The position numbers were made by a program, and so were the translations under genes. A stretch of 64,000 bases of DNA from Mobula hypostoma (lineage: Eukaryota): positions 36,334,001-36,398,000 of the forward strand of contig NC_086109.1 in assembly GCF_963921235.1 (NCBI RefSeq), written 5' to 3'. Numbering within the stretch: position 1 is the first letter of the stretch; each line of letters starts with the position of its first letter. Positions 37,000 to 49,711 of the stretch are shown piece after piece. The notes below the pieces were generated by a model. It searched no databases, was not told the origin of the DNA, and saw only the letters and a list, made by a program, of their open reading frames with translations.

Positions 37000-37850
37000 A
37001 TAGAGTCTTCAGAAGCATCTTAAAATGCAATTTAAGAGTGGAAGGATCTGTTCTTATTTTGGATTGCAAATTCTTAATGATTTTAAATAAGATGTGAGTT
37101 TGATAACTGGACAACTGAGAATCAGATAAGTAAGTGATAGGTCTCTCCAATAGTTTGATAAGTGTGCTAATATTATTTTGCAGTATTAATTTCTAGTTAC
37201 CACACCATAAAAAGATATTAAAGCACTAAAGAAAAAGATTTATGATGCTCTTGGTGGGGCCTTGAGAGAAGCTTAGATAGAGTGGATGTGTTATTTTAAG
37301 CATTGAAGGCAGTGGGGGAATTTAATAGCGTTAAGAATGAGAGGGCAACATAAAAGAAGGACTTTAAACATAAAATGCTACAAATGTTCTATGTATGAAA
37401 TTTAAATATTTGGTGTCAGTATTATTCAGGTTTTCCTTGTTGCTACCGTCTCAGACAACTGTTTTCCTCCTTCCACTTCCTTGGATCTTAAAAAAAAGTT
37501 TCATTTCTTACTTTTTCTACTTCTGATGAAAGGACTTTGAGTTTGAAATGTTAAATTTATCTTTCTCCACCAATGTTACACCATGTTCTGGTTTAATTTC
37601 TGAGGACAACTTATGATCCTTTGAATAATGGCTAATAACTCAAGGACATAAAATAAATTAGAATTCATAGAAGGATAAGTGAGGAACTGAAGAAGATTTA
37701 TTTTCATCCAGAGTGTGGTAAGGTGTGTGGAACTCACTGTTTGAAGCAATAGCAGAAGTGTGTGCGCTCAAAAGCAACAGTGTATCCACTTGAGGTGTTG
37801 TGTTATATAGAATTTTGTAAAATATTAGATAAATGTCTGCACAGTTCAAA
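37000..37850 (+). mobile_element. Very old CR1 fragments with an internal Penelope-like terminus (~37420-37600)
   Basis: GAGTGTGGTAAGGTGTGTGGAACTCACTG CR1 C-terminal motif; CTGATGAAAGGACTTTGAGTTTGAAATG at 37523-37550. Confidence 0.45.
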
Positions 37851-39704
37851 ATGACAATTTAACTCTTTCTGAACCTTTAGCATATAGGCTCTATAGATCA
37901 GTTAATGTCTGCAGCTGGATTTCTTCTTAGTTTCAGTTTCCATCAACATAAGGATGTCTATTAATGACAAAACATATATTGGTTATTTTGAGAGCTAGCT
38001 CGATAGATTCTTTCTTAATGTCTGTGAAGTTGGCTTGATGGATTTTTTTTCTTTGGATTGAGGGCTTATTGCCTATGTGTAATATAAATTTTCATCTGTA
38101 ACTAAAGAATGTTAAGTCCAAACATTGGTGGATTGAGGGATAAGGAGTGACCATTAAAACGTCTAATTGATTAATAAGGGTATGCCGAACATTGTGTTAA
38201 TTAACACATGAATTGTTTGAATGAAAGAAAGCAGATTTAATGTAAGAACAAAGGACTTGTCTGTCTCTTGGTTGCTGTCTACACTTGTGGAACTCATGTT
38301 TATTGGGGTACCTTCCCTAGGTTTGTTGGACTTTTCCCAGACAGGAAATCAATATCAATGCCTAGAACTCAGGGGTGGTTTCATGAGTGAGTCAGAACTT
38401 GGAGTTCCCCTGTAAACAGTGACAATCAACTGTTGAGCACTGAGATCATTTTGGAAGTCTTTGTGACTTACTACACAGTATTTTGTCTGGTTTATTTGTA
38501 TTTTCTATTTTAAAGATTCAAGGGTTCACTTATCGTCAAAGTAAACAACTCTGAAATTAGTCAGTTCTCTGGGTAGTCAAGAAACCAGAAAAGGAAAGAA
38601 AAGAAAGGCACCATGATCATCAACTCCAAATCCCACCTCCCTGCAAAAAAAAAAGAACACAAAAATGGAACAGGCACATCAACCTCCAAATCCCTCCTCC
38701 CACACAAAAAAAAACAAGCAAAACGGATCAGGCACATCAACCCCAAAATCCTTGATAATTTATGACAATATATTAGGTCAAAGTTACATTCTTCTGCTTG
38801 TATGCTTATTACCACATCGCCTGGCCACTTGAATAGTTTGGGTCTGATCAACCCAGCCCATTACAAGTGTATTATCTAAAGAGCTGTGGACCAAGAACTG
38901 CAAAATGGCAGTAAGTGGAATAGTGCTCAACTGGCACAGACCGTGATCCTCCTCTGCCATGAATTTCAATGAATCTTTCCATTTTGCCCTAACTTAGATA
39001 AATTATATTGTGAAATCCAATTAACATTCGCAATCAGCTTTCATGTTACAGTTCAATGACCATCATCATACTGAGCTGAGTATCCCTGAAAGCTGTAACA
39101 TGTTCAAGAACAATGTTTCTTTACCTAGATTTTTCCTGCATTTGGTTTGCATTCAGCCTTGCCACAGGTATAGGTGATATCAAAATAAGAAGTGAATCTA
39201 AAAATAGCATTGCACATTTTGATTTTCGTTTTTTTTTCCCTCCAAAGGAACCCAGCTGCTCTGTCATTCATTGTACACTTTAATCTTCCCTTCAGAATAT
39301 GAGTAACTGTACTGAAACTTTCCTTGAGATTCAAGGGAGAATATTGTTTTTCATTTATAATTCATAAGTATTTCCTGGATCAACATTACTCTGTGTTTAG
39401 GGAAAGAAGGTTAATCACTGTGGGCTGCTCCAGATTTCCCACAGGGTATCACATCTTAAAGACTTAGACATGTAGTGTAAAAATATCAATTTGTGGCTCT
39501 TGTATTTTGATACACCATGTTGCAGCTTGAGGTATGGCAAACATAACTAATATACAGATTATGTCACAGTCTGTAGTAATTGAAATGGAATAATATCATC
39601 TGTGAAACTAGAAAGAATTGAAACTTGTGGGTTAATTTATATCATGGAGTTAGCAGATTACAATTGAAGCAATACACTTGACCTGAAGATAAAATTATAA
39701 ACCC

Positions 39705-41213
39705 AGTGGAGTACCTGGTAAGGCTCTGAAAACTTGTGCTGAGAACTGAAAACTTGTTTCTGAAATCTGAAAGGAGTATTCAAGGACATTTTCAACCTCT
39801 CATTGTTATGGGCAGAAGTTCCCACTTGCTTCAAAGAGGCAACAATTATACCAGCGCCTAAGAAGAATAATATAAGCTGCCTTAATGACTATCGTTCAGT
39901 AGCACTCACATCTACCGTGATAAAATGCTTTGAGAGGTTACTCATGACTAGACTGAACTCCTGCCTCCGCAAGACCCTGGACCCACAGCAATCTGCCTAT
40001 CGCCACAATAAGTCAACAGCAGGTGCAATCTCAATGGTTCTTCACACAGCCTTAGACCACATGGACAATACAAACACCTATGTCAGGATTCTGTTCATTG
40101 ACTATAGCTCAGCAGTTAACACCATCATTCCCACAATCCTGATTGAGAAGTTACCGAACCTGAGCCTCTGTACCTCCCTCTGCAATTCGATCCTCAGCTT
40201 CCTAACCAGAAGACCATAATTTGTGTGGATTGGTGATAATATCTCCTCCTCACTGACAATCAACACTGGTGCACCTCAGGAGTGTGTGCTTAGTCCAGTG
40301 CTCTACTCTCTCTATACCCATGACTGTTTGGCTAGGCATAGCTCAACTGCCATCTATATATTAGCTGATGATACAACCATTGTTGGGAGAATCTTAGATG
40401 GAGGCAAGAGGATGTAGTGAAATGGTGTTGCAGCAACAACCTGGCACTCAACATCAGTAAGACAAAAGAGTTGATTGTGGACTTCAGGAAGGATAAGATG
40501 AAGGAACACATACCAATCCTCATGGAGGGTTCAGACGTGGGGATAGTGAGCAATTTCAAGTTCCTGGGGTGTCAAGATCTCTTGAGGACCTAACCTGGTC
40601 CAAACATATTGATGCAGCTATAAAGAAGGCAAGACAGCAAATATTAAGAGTTTTAAGAAATTTGGTATGTCAACAGAAAAAATCAAAAACTTCTATAGAT
40701 GTACTGTGGCTGCATCACTGTCTGGTATGGGGGGTGAGGGGGCTACTACACATGACCAAAATGAAGCTGCAGAGGGTTGTAAATTTAGCGGCTCCATCTG
40801 GACACTAGCCTACAAAGTACTCAAGACATCTTGAAGGAACAGTGTCTCAGAAAGTCAGCGTCCATTATTAAGGACCCTCAGCATCCAGGACATGCCCTTT
40901 TCTCACTGTTACCATCAGTTAGGAGGTACAGAAGCCTGAAGGCACTCACTCAGCAATTCAGGAACAACTTCTTCCCCTCTGACATCCAATTCCTAAATGG
41001 ACATTGAACACTACTTCAATTTTTCAATATATATTATTTCTGTTTTTGCATGATTTTTAATCTCCATTATACATATACTGTAATTGATTGATTGATTGAT
41101 TGATTGATTATTATTTTTCTTTTATATTATGTATTGCATTGAACTGCTGCTACTAAGTTAACAAATTTCACGATACATGCCAGTGATGATAAACCTGATT
41201 CTGATTCTGATTC
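39705..41213 (+). mobile_element. Rex1/Babar-type LINE, full RT region, disrupted
   Basis: [70 protein letters not shown]; (CTGATT)n tail. Confidence 0.9.
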
Positions 41214-41286
41214 TAAAGTTAAAATAGAAATGTTCAGCAAATCAAGCAACTTCTGGAGAAAGAGAAACAGAATTGGTGTTTCTGAC

Positions 41287-41437
41287 TGTTGTGTATGTGG
41301 CCGGTGCTATAAGTAAAACGCCGGAGATGGGAGCTGAATCGACAGGGTTCTTTACTGACTAAAACCGAACTGAACACACACGTACAGATCAATACGCGCC
41401 TAATAGCGCATGCTCAATACGGTGCATTACTACAACA
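41287..41437 (-). mobile_element. Short probable solo LTR (151 bp)
   Basis: TGTTGT..ACAACA termini, CpG-rich, AGTAAA on minus; no TSD seen. Confidence 0.5.
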
Positions 41438-41518
41438 TAAAGTAGTCCTATATTATACAGTAGGCTAAATGGTACACTGATCAATAACCTCTCATGAGAA
41501 TTTGAGAAAAAAAAACCT

Positions 41519-41752
41519 CATCCGCAGTCCTTGTTTACTCATTCAACCAGCCGACCTCAACCAGTTGCTCCTAGCTTTCATTCTCTCCGCCTCAAGTTCA
41601 CCTTGTTGCTGGTTGTGTTTAGGTCTGTCCTTTCTTGTTCTGTGGCCTCTCATGGCTTGTTATTTAGTGGTTTCTTATTAAAGTTATCATTCATTACTAA
41701 ACCATCTCTGCTGCTCTGCATATGGGTCAGGCATCCTCTGCATTTCCGGACA
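41519..41752 (+). repeat. Gypsy 5' LTR (5'-truncated)
   Basis: ATTAAAGTTATCATTCA..CTGCTGCTCTGCAT..CATTTCCGGACA matches 51584-51896. Confidence 0.85.
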
Positions 41753-42788
41753 CAATGAGTGAAATCTCGATTGAACCAGCAGAATATGCTCACCTAAGAT
41801 AAGTTGTCGGCTGACATGAAGACACGATCCAGAAGTAGCAGGAGACCATTGACTATCTGTCCATCACTCTCCTATCAGCATCAACGGATAAACAACTGGA
41901 GCAGCTTCCGTGGAGCAACCAACCACCTATGCACCAAATGCCCACTGAGTCTACTCACTCCATATAGAGATGAGGGGCTTTCTATTTGGCAAGTTCTCTT
42001 TGGTCCTTCACTCCAACGCTATAGTCTGTCTCAATTTCTCTGTCCTCCTCCACACTCTATGTGAGCAGGAGGCTCTTGTGGATTCCAGCGCAGCAGAAAA
42101 CTTCCTAGATCAGACTCTGTTTGTGCAGCTTGGACTCTCTACTGAACCAATCTCTCACCCCTAAAACATCACGTCTATTGACAGATGCCCTGTGGGGTCT
42201 GAGATAGTTAGAGTGTGCACACAACCTGTGCATATGCATGTCAGAGATCATTGCAAGTCCATCATGCATCACGCCTGGTTCTCCGCTCACGACCCTCACA
42301 TTACCTGATCATCCGACTCATTGCTGAGTTGGGGACTCACCTGCTGGACCACCTGACTTCTCCCCATAAATCCATGGAGATGGAGAAAACACTCGACTTC
42401 ACCAGACTCCCGCAGGAAAATCATGACTTAGCCATGGTCTTCAGTAAAAGGGAAGCCAGCACCCTGCCACCTCACTAACCAAGCAACTGCACAATTAACC
42501 TTCTCCCAAGAACCAGCCTTCCCTGAGTTCTTCTGTTCTCCCTCTCCCCTCCTGAGACCCAAGTCAAAGTGCTACAGCACAGCTTCACTCACCCATCCCA
42601 GTCCACAGCCAATGCAGGATCTTCTTCATGAAAAAGAAAGATGGAGGTCTTTCCCTCTGCATTAACTACCATGGATTCAACAAAATCAGCATTAAGGACC
42701 AATACCCTCTCCCTTTGATGGACGGTGCATTCAAAACACTATGCAGAGCCAAGATCTTCACCAAAATAGATCTATGTATGCATACAAC

Positions 42789-43374
42789 TCTGGAAAACGT
42801 GGACCACTTTCCGTATCTTGGAAGTCACCTCTCCTCCAATGTCGACCTTAATGACGAGATCCAACATCACTGTGCTAAATGAGGCAAAAACAACAAGCAT
42901 TGAAGCCTACGTCATCAAGAACCAACTAAGATGGAGCGGTCATGTTGTTTGAATGAAAGATGAACGTCTGCCGAAACAAATCTTCTACTCCCAGCTTAAA
43001 GAAGGCGAATGTAAAAGAGGCAGACAACAGAAGAGATTCAAAGACATCTTAAAAGCCAACATGAAGAAATGTAATATCAACATCAACAAATGGGAAACCA
43101 ATGCCAAGGACAGGAAACTCTGGCAAGTCATAATCCGAGAAGGAAAAGCAACTTTCGAAGCCAACAGATGTGCAGAATTAGAAGAAAAGAGAAGAAAATG
43201 GAAAGAGAGGCAGCAACAACCAAAGCCCGATCTGCCTTCTGGAACTACCTGTCCTGAATGTGGAAGGACTTTCAAAGCCAAGATTGGACTCATAAGCCAC
43301 TTGAGAGCCTATAAGTGGATCAACAGAAGGAGGACCATCATCCTTGTCCTTGAGGGATAGCCACGACGAAGACG
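42789..43374 (+). mobile_element. RTE-clade LINE 3' fragment inserted in Gypsy RT
   Basis: LENVDHFPYLGS, QLRWSGHVV*MKDERLPKQIFYSQL, GRQQKRFKD, terminal C2H2-like CPECGRTFKAKIGLISHLR; (GAC)n tail; ACAAC duplicated at 42784-42788 and 43375-43379. Confidence 0.88.
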
Positions 43375-44361
43375 ACAACCTGATCTGTATCTGCCAGTGG
43401 TATGAGTGGAAGACAGCGTTCATAACATCCACTGGCCATTATGAATACTTGATAATGGATTTCAGAATTTTTTAACAGTCCATCTGTTTTCCAAGCATTC
43501 ATTAAAGACATGCAACACAGGTATGTGCTCGTCTGCCTTGACCAGATCCTCATCATCTCCAAGAACCTTCAAAAACACATCGGTTCAGTTTCTCAGCTTC
43601 TCAAAAACCAACTCTCCTGCAGCATTAGAAAAATGCCAGTTCCACACCGCAGTCATTTCCTTGCTGGGTTATGTCTCTTACCCCAGACATAACCAAGTAC
43701 TCACAGAAAACTCGCAGCACGCGTCCTCAAGTAGACACTTCTCCAACTTCTTCTGCCATTTCATCAGAAGCTACAGCTAAATTGCCACTCCTCTCACCTC
43801 ACAAATCACCTACCACACTGATAGCCTAGTTTGGTGCCATGGACCATGCTTACAAGGAGCTCAAAAGACTGCCGCTCCCATTCTCTGCCACCTGGACCAT
43901 TTGTGCTAGAGGTGGAGACATCTGAAGTTGGTGCCAGAGACTTTCTTTCCTAACAAGGGCCAGATGGAGAGACACACCCTTGTGCCTTCTTCTCATGCAA
44001 GTTCAACCCTACACAGCACTGCTATGGAGTAGGAGGTGGGGAGCTTCTCATCATTAAATAGGCCTTGAAGAAATAGAGACACTGGCTAATGGGAAACATC
44101 AGACCCTTCCTGACCTGTGCTGACATCTAGAACCTCAAATCTATATGTCAGACCTACCAACTCAACCCAATCAGGCTCGCAGGGCACTCATCTTCAAATA
44201 ATTCAACATCACCATTTCCTATCAACTGTATTCCAAGACTACAGAGGCAGATGCTTTGTCACAATAGTTTAACCTAGCTGAAGTGAATACTAAGCCATAA
44301 TCTACCATTCCATCTTCACAGATCCTCATCCCTATCATCAGAGACTAGGGTCCAGGATACT

Positions 44362-47300
44362 TCTGAGTGACCATAGAATATTCTCAAGGGGGAGGGTGAA
44401 CAGCTAGAGGTCATGGTTCATATTGGCACCAATGAAACACAGTAGGTAGAAAAGGGGAAGAGGACCTGTGCAGTAAGTATAGGGAGTTAGGAAAGAAATT
44501 GAAGGAAAGAACCTCCAGATTTCTCCCAGTGTCATGGGATAGTGCAGGTAGGAATGGGGTGATAGCATGGATGAATGAGTGGTTGAGGAGATGGGGAAGG
44601 GGGGAAGTCTTCAAGTCTTCAAGTTCTTAAATCATTGGAACATTTTTCTAAGGAAGGGGTGACCTATACAAGAGGGATGGGTTGCACCTGAACTGGAGGG
44701 GAACCAATATCCTGATTGGGAGGTTGCAAATGCTACTCCAGAGTGTTTAAAATAGTTTTGCAGTGGGCTGGGAACCATAGTGAAGGATCGGACCGGAAGC
44801 TAAATGTCAGGAAAAGTATTGATAGGCAAAATTGAAATAACAGGTGAGATGGGACAGATAGCTTGAGGTGTGTATATTTTAATGCTAGGAGTATTGTAGG
44901 TAAAGATAATGAACTTAGAGCATGGATCAGCACATGGAACTATGACGTTGTTGCCAGTACTGAGACCTGGTTGAGAGAGGGGCAGGAATGGATGATTAAT
45001 GTATTAAGCTATTGAAGTTTTAGAAAAGTTAGAGAAGGAGGTAAAGGAGCACGGGGGAGTTGCACAACTGATCAGGGACAATTTCACAGCTGCACGCTGG
45101 GGAGACATAATGGGCATAATGGAGGGGTTAGACACTGAGTCCATTTAGGTGGAACTCAAGAAGAGGAAGGGTGCATTCACAGTGATGAGATTGTACTGCA
45201 GAATCGCTTCCCTCAGCCCTCAGTGGCCACCAGGACAATAAGGAACAGATTAAGGAAATGTGTAAAAATAATAGGGTTGTTGTCAGGGGGATTTCAACTT
45301 CCCTAATATAAACTGTGACCTTTTTAATGAAAGAGGTTTAAATGGAGCAGAATTTGTTAAGTGTATCCAGAAGGGTTTCTTAAATCAATATATAGATGGT
45401 CCAAATGGAAGAGGGGCTGTACTGTAGATGGTATTGGGTAATGAGCCTGACCTGGTGACTGACCTTCTAGTGGGTGAAAATTCAGGGAACAGTGACTGCA
45501 ACTCCTTGACTTTCAGGATAGCTGAAGATAAGGATAGATATGGTCCTTGCAGGAGAGCTTTGAATTGGAATTGGGCAAACTATGAGGGCATTGGGCAGGA
45601 ATGAAGGAGTGTTAATTGGGAACACCTTTCTTCTGGCAAGGCCACATCAGACATGGGAGGTGGGGTGTATAAAGATCAACTGCACAAAGTATGGGAAAGG
45701 TATGCTCCTGTTAGATTGAAAGACGGAGATGCAATGATAAGAAAAACTTGGATGTCCAGTAATGTGATGAATTTAGTCAAGAAGAAAAAGGAAAAGTATG
45801 TAAAGCTTCAGCAGTTTGGATCAAATGGAGCTCATGAGGATTGTAAAGAAGAGGGTTAGGAAAACCAGTAGGGGCCATGAAATGGATAAAGGTGAATTCC
45901 AAGGAATTCTATGCATATATCAAGAGCAAAAGGATAACATGAGAGAGGGTAGGACCAAGTCATGGGTAAAGAGGGGAACATTTGCTTGGATGTGAGGAGT
46001 GAGAGTGAGGTCCTTAATGAGTATTTTACCTCAGTATTTACCAAGGGGAAGGATTGGAGCACCAAGAGATCAGTGCTGAGTGCATAAATATATTAGGGCA
46101 TTTAGAGCTCAAGGGTGAGGAAGTGTTGGACCTGCTCATGAATATTAAGTTAGGATTTGATGAGATCTGATGGGCCTGATGGGATTTCCCCTTTGAACCC
46201 AGGTTACTGAAGGAGGCAAGAGATGAGATTGCTGGGGCCTTGACCGGTAACTTCATGTCTTCTCTAGGCACAGGAGACAGGTCTCGGAGGACTGGTGAGT
46301 GGCTAATGTTATACATCTATTTAAGAAGGGAACAAGGGAAAATCCAGGAAACTATAGATTGGTAGGTCTCACATGAGTTGCAGGGAAATTGCTGGGGAAA
46401 ATTCTCAGGCATAGGATATAGAAGCATTTGGAAATGATGGCCTAATTAGGTCGAGCCAGCATGGCTTAGTGCGGGCAAGTCATATCTTACTTACTTGATT
46501 TAGTTTTTTGACAAGGTGACGTGAGAGATTGATGAAGGTAGTGCAGTGATTGTTGTGTATATGGATTTTAGTAAGGCGTTTGACAAAGTCCATCATGGGA
46601 ACCAATTCAAAAGATTAAGATGCATGGGGTCTGCAGTGAATTGGCTCTTTGGATTATCCTTGTGCATATAAAACAGAGGGTAGTGGTCAAAGGGACTTAG
46701 TTGAGCTGGAGGTCTGTAATTAGTGGTGTCCTACATAGATCTGTGCAGGGACCTGTAAATGAACAGGATGAAAATGTAGATAGGTGGATTAGTAAATTTG
46801 CAGATGATACCAAGATTTGTGGAGCTGTCAATGGTATAGAAGACTGGTGAAAGATACAGCGTGACATAGATCTTTTGCATATATGGACAGAGAAGTGACA
46901 GCTGGAGTTTAACCCAGATATATGTGAGGTGTTGAACCTTGGTAGGGAAAATGCAGGGAAAAGTTGCACTGTTGAGGGCAAGACAGTGATGCCGAGCAGA
47001 GAGATCTTGGGGGCTAAGTACATAACTCCTTGAAAGTGGCTACACAGGTCAACAGGATGGTTAGGAAGGCTGATACAATGCTTGCTTTTAATTAGTCGGG
47101 GCACTGAGTTCAAAGGTCAAGAGGTTATGCTGCAAATTTATAGAATTCTGGTCGGGCCGCATCCGGACTATTGCATACAGTTCTGGTCACCCCACTATAG
47201 GGAGGATGTTGAGACTTTGCAGAGTGTGCTGAAGAGGTTTACCAGGGTTCTGCCTGGTTTAGAGGGCATGTGCTATCATGAGAGTCTGAACAAATTTGAG

Positions 47301-47715
47301 TTGTTTCCATTGAGCAGTGGAGGCTGAGGGGATCTGCTAGAGGTTTATAAGATTATGAGAGACGTAGTTAGAGTAGACAGGGGAATATTTTTCCGAGGGT
47401 AGAAATGTCTAATATCAAAGGCCATGCATTGAAGGTGAGAAGGGCTGGGTTAAAAGGGGATTGGGGGATAAGGTTTTTATTTAGAGAGTAGTGGATGCCT
47501 GAAATGCGCTTACTAGTATAGTAGTAGAGGCAAATACATTAGTGATGTTTAAGAGATGTTTAGATAAGCATATGAATATAAAGAAGATGGAGGGATACAG
47601 ACATTGTGTAGGTAGAAGGAATTAGTTTTTGGGTTTACTTTTTAGCTGGTTTGGCACACTATTATGAGCTGAAGGACCTGTTCCTGTGTTGTACTTTTCT
47701 ATGTCCTATGTTCCA
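44362..47715 (+). mobile_element. Near-full-length decayed CR1 (ORF1 SGNH esterase, APE endonuclease, RT, 3' UTR) inserted in Gypsy pol
   Basis: EVMVHIGTN and YKRDGLHLNWRGTNIL (ORF1); CVYFNARSI, TETWL, GDFNFPNI (EN); YMDFSKAFDKV, SKFADDTK; CTATGTCCTATGTTC tail. Confidence 0.9.
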
Positions 47716-48074
47716 TGAGATCTTGAGAACTAGTTTCAATTGACCCTACTGTATGAGATTGTTCTGTCCGATGCAGAACTGACAGCTACTTATATGGGCC
47801 CCCAATGCACTCCAGTGGGCTCAATCTTCACTCCTCTCTGAACATCCAGGACTCAGGATTTTCTGTGACTCCGGTTCTGGTGGCACACCATGATTGCAGA
47901 TGTACATCAGTTTGTCGCTGCCCACCCTCTGTGTGCCTGGTCCAAGGCCTCCAGTCAGCAGGCCTCTGGGCTCCTGTAGCCCCTACCAGTCCCATGGGTT
48001 CCATGGTCCGACATTGCCAAAGATTTCATCATAGAATTGGTATGGAGCCACAGAGATCATGACAGTAATTTTTT

Positions 48075-49165
48075 TAATGTATTCATTTACAGGATGTGCA
48101 TGTCACCATCTAAGTCAACATTTATTGCCCATCCCTTGGTGCCCTTGAGGAGGTGGTGAGGAGCTGCCTATTTGAACCGCTGCAGTCCCTGAGGTGTAGG
48201 TACACTCACAGTGCTGTTAGGGAGGGAATTCCATGATGTTGACCCAACAACAATGAATGAACAGCGATATGTTTCCAAGTCAAGAAGGTGAGTGACTTAA
48301 AGGGGGATTTCCAAGTGGTGGTGTTCCAAGCTATCTGCGGTTCTCGTCCTTTTATATGGTCACGGCTGTGGGTCTGGAAGGTGCTGCCTTCGGAACTTTG
48401 GTGTGTTGTTGCAGAGCATCTTCTAGATAGTACACACTGCTGCAACTGTTCGTCGATGGTGGAGGGATTGGATGTTTGTGGAAGGGGTACCAATCCAGTG
48501 GGCTGCCTTGTAATGGATGGTGTCGAGCTTCTTGAGTGTTGATGGAGCTGCACTCATCCAGGCGAGTGGTGAGTATTCCATTACACTCCTGACCTGAGCC
48601 TTGTAGATGGTGGACAGGCTTTGGGGAGTCAGAAGGTGAGTTACACACCACAGGATTCCTAGCCTGTGACCTGAACCCACAGTGTTTATATGACTAGACC
48701 AGTTCAGTTTCCTGTCAATGGTAACCCCCAGGAAGTTGATAGTAGGGGATTCAGTGATGGTGATGCCAGTGAATGTCAGGGGATGATGGTTGAGCCTCTC
48801 TTGTTGAAGTTGGTCATTACCTGGCACTAGTGTGGCTCGAATGTTACTTGTCACTTGTCAGCCCAAGCCTGGATATTGTCCAGGTCCTGCCTCATTTGGG
48901 TATGAACTGCTTCACTCTCTGAGGAACAGTGCAGAACGTTGTGCAGTCATCTACGATCATCCCCACTTCTGAACTTATGATGGAAGGAAGGCAATTGATG
49001 AAGCAGCTAAAGATGGTTGGTCCTAGGACACTTCCATGAGGAACTCCTGCAGTGACGTCCTGAGGATGAGATGATTGACATCCAGCCACCACAAGCATCT
49101 TCCTTTGTGTCAGTTATGATTCTAACCGGTGGAGTGTTTTCCCCCTAATTCCCATTGACTGCACT
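48075..49165 (-). mobile_element. CR1/L2-group LINE 3' half inserted in Gypsy integrase
   Basis: AGVPHGSVLGPTIFSCFINCLP, MIVDDCT, LGVTIDRKLNWSSHI, TIYKAQVRSVMEYSPLAW. Confidence 0.82.
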
Positions 49166-49711
49166 GGTTCTCCAAGGCAGCCACATCATTGCCCTCCCAA
49201 AATTCTGTTAGCTGCTGTGATGGCAGATCCGGTTCTCCAATATGCATATTGCTTCCATGGCTTTCTTCAGGGCACTGTGTCAGACAGGGTCCACAATTTG
49301 TCTCTGGTTTCTGGCAAGACTTCTGCTCCCTCCTGTGCACTGCAGTGAATTTGTCCTCTGAGTTTATCATCCGCAGACCAACGGTCAATCAGAAAGTGTC
49401 GATCAGCAATTGGAAAACCTTCTGAGATGCTTTGCTACCTCTAACCCTTCCACATGAAAGAAGTATCTAGTCTGGGCCAAGCTGTCCCACGATCTACACA
49501 TCTCCTCTGTCATGGTATGTCACCCATTGAAATGCTTCATGCCTACCAAACCCCATTATTCCCTATGGAATTGTCCACAGTGGAAGTGTCCCACCTGCCA
49601 GGGCTTTGATTTGCCATTGCTGGAATGCATGGAGGAAGGCACAGAGGGCAATCCTAGCTGCCAACCATGCCAACTGCTACCAGCACCCAGCCAGAGTGCA
49701 CTGAGCTGTCA

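Noticed and set aside
42953..43360. C2H2 zinc-finger host gene
   Set aside because: It is the C-terminus of an RTE ORF with a retroposon tail and junction duplication
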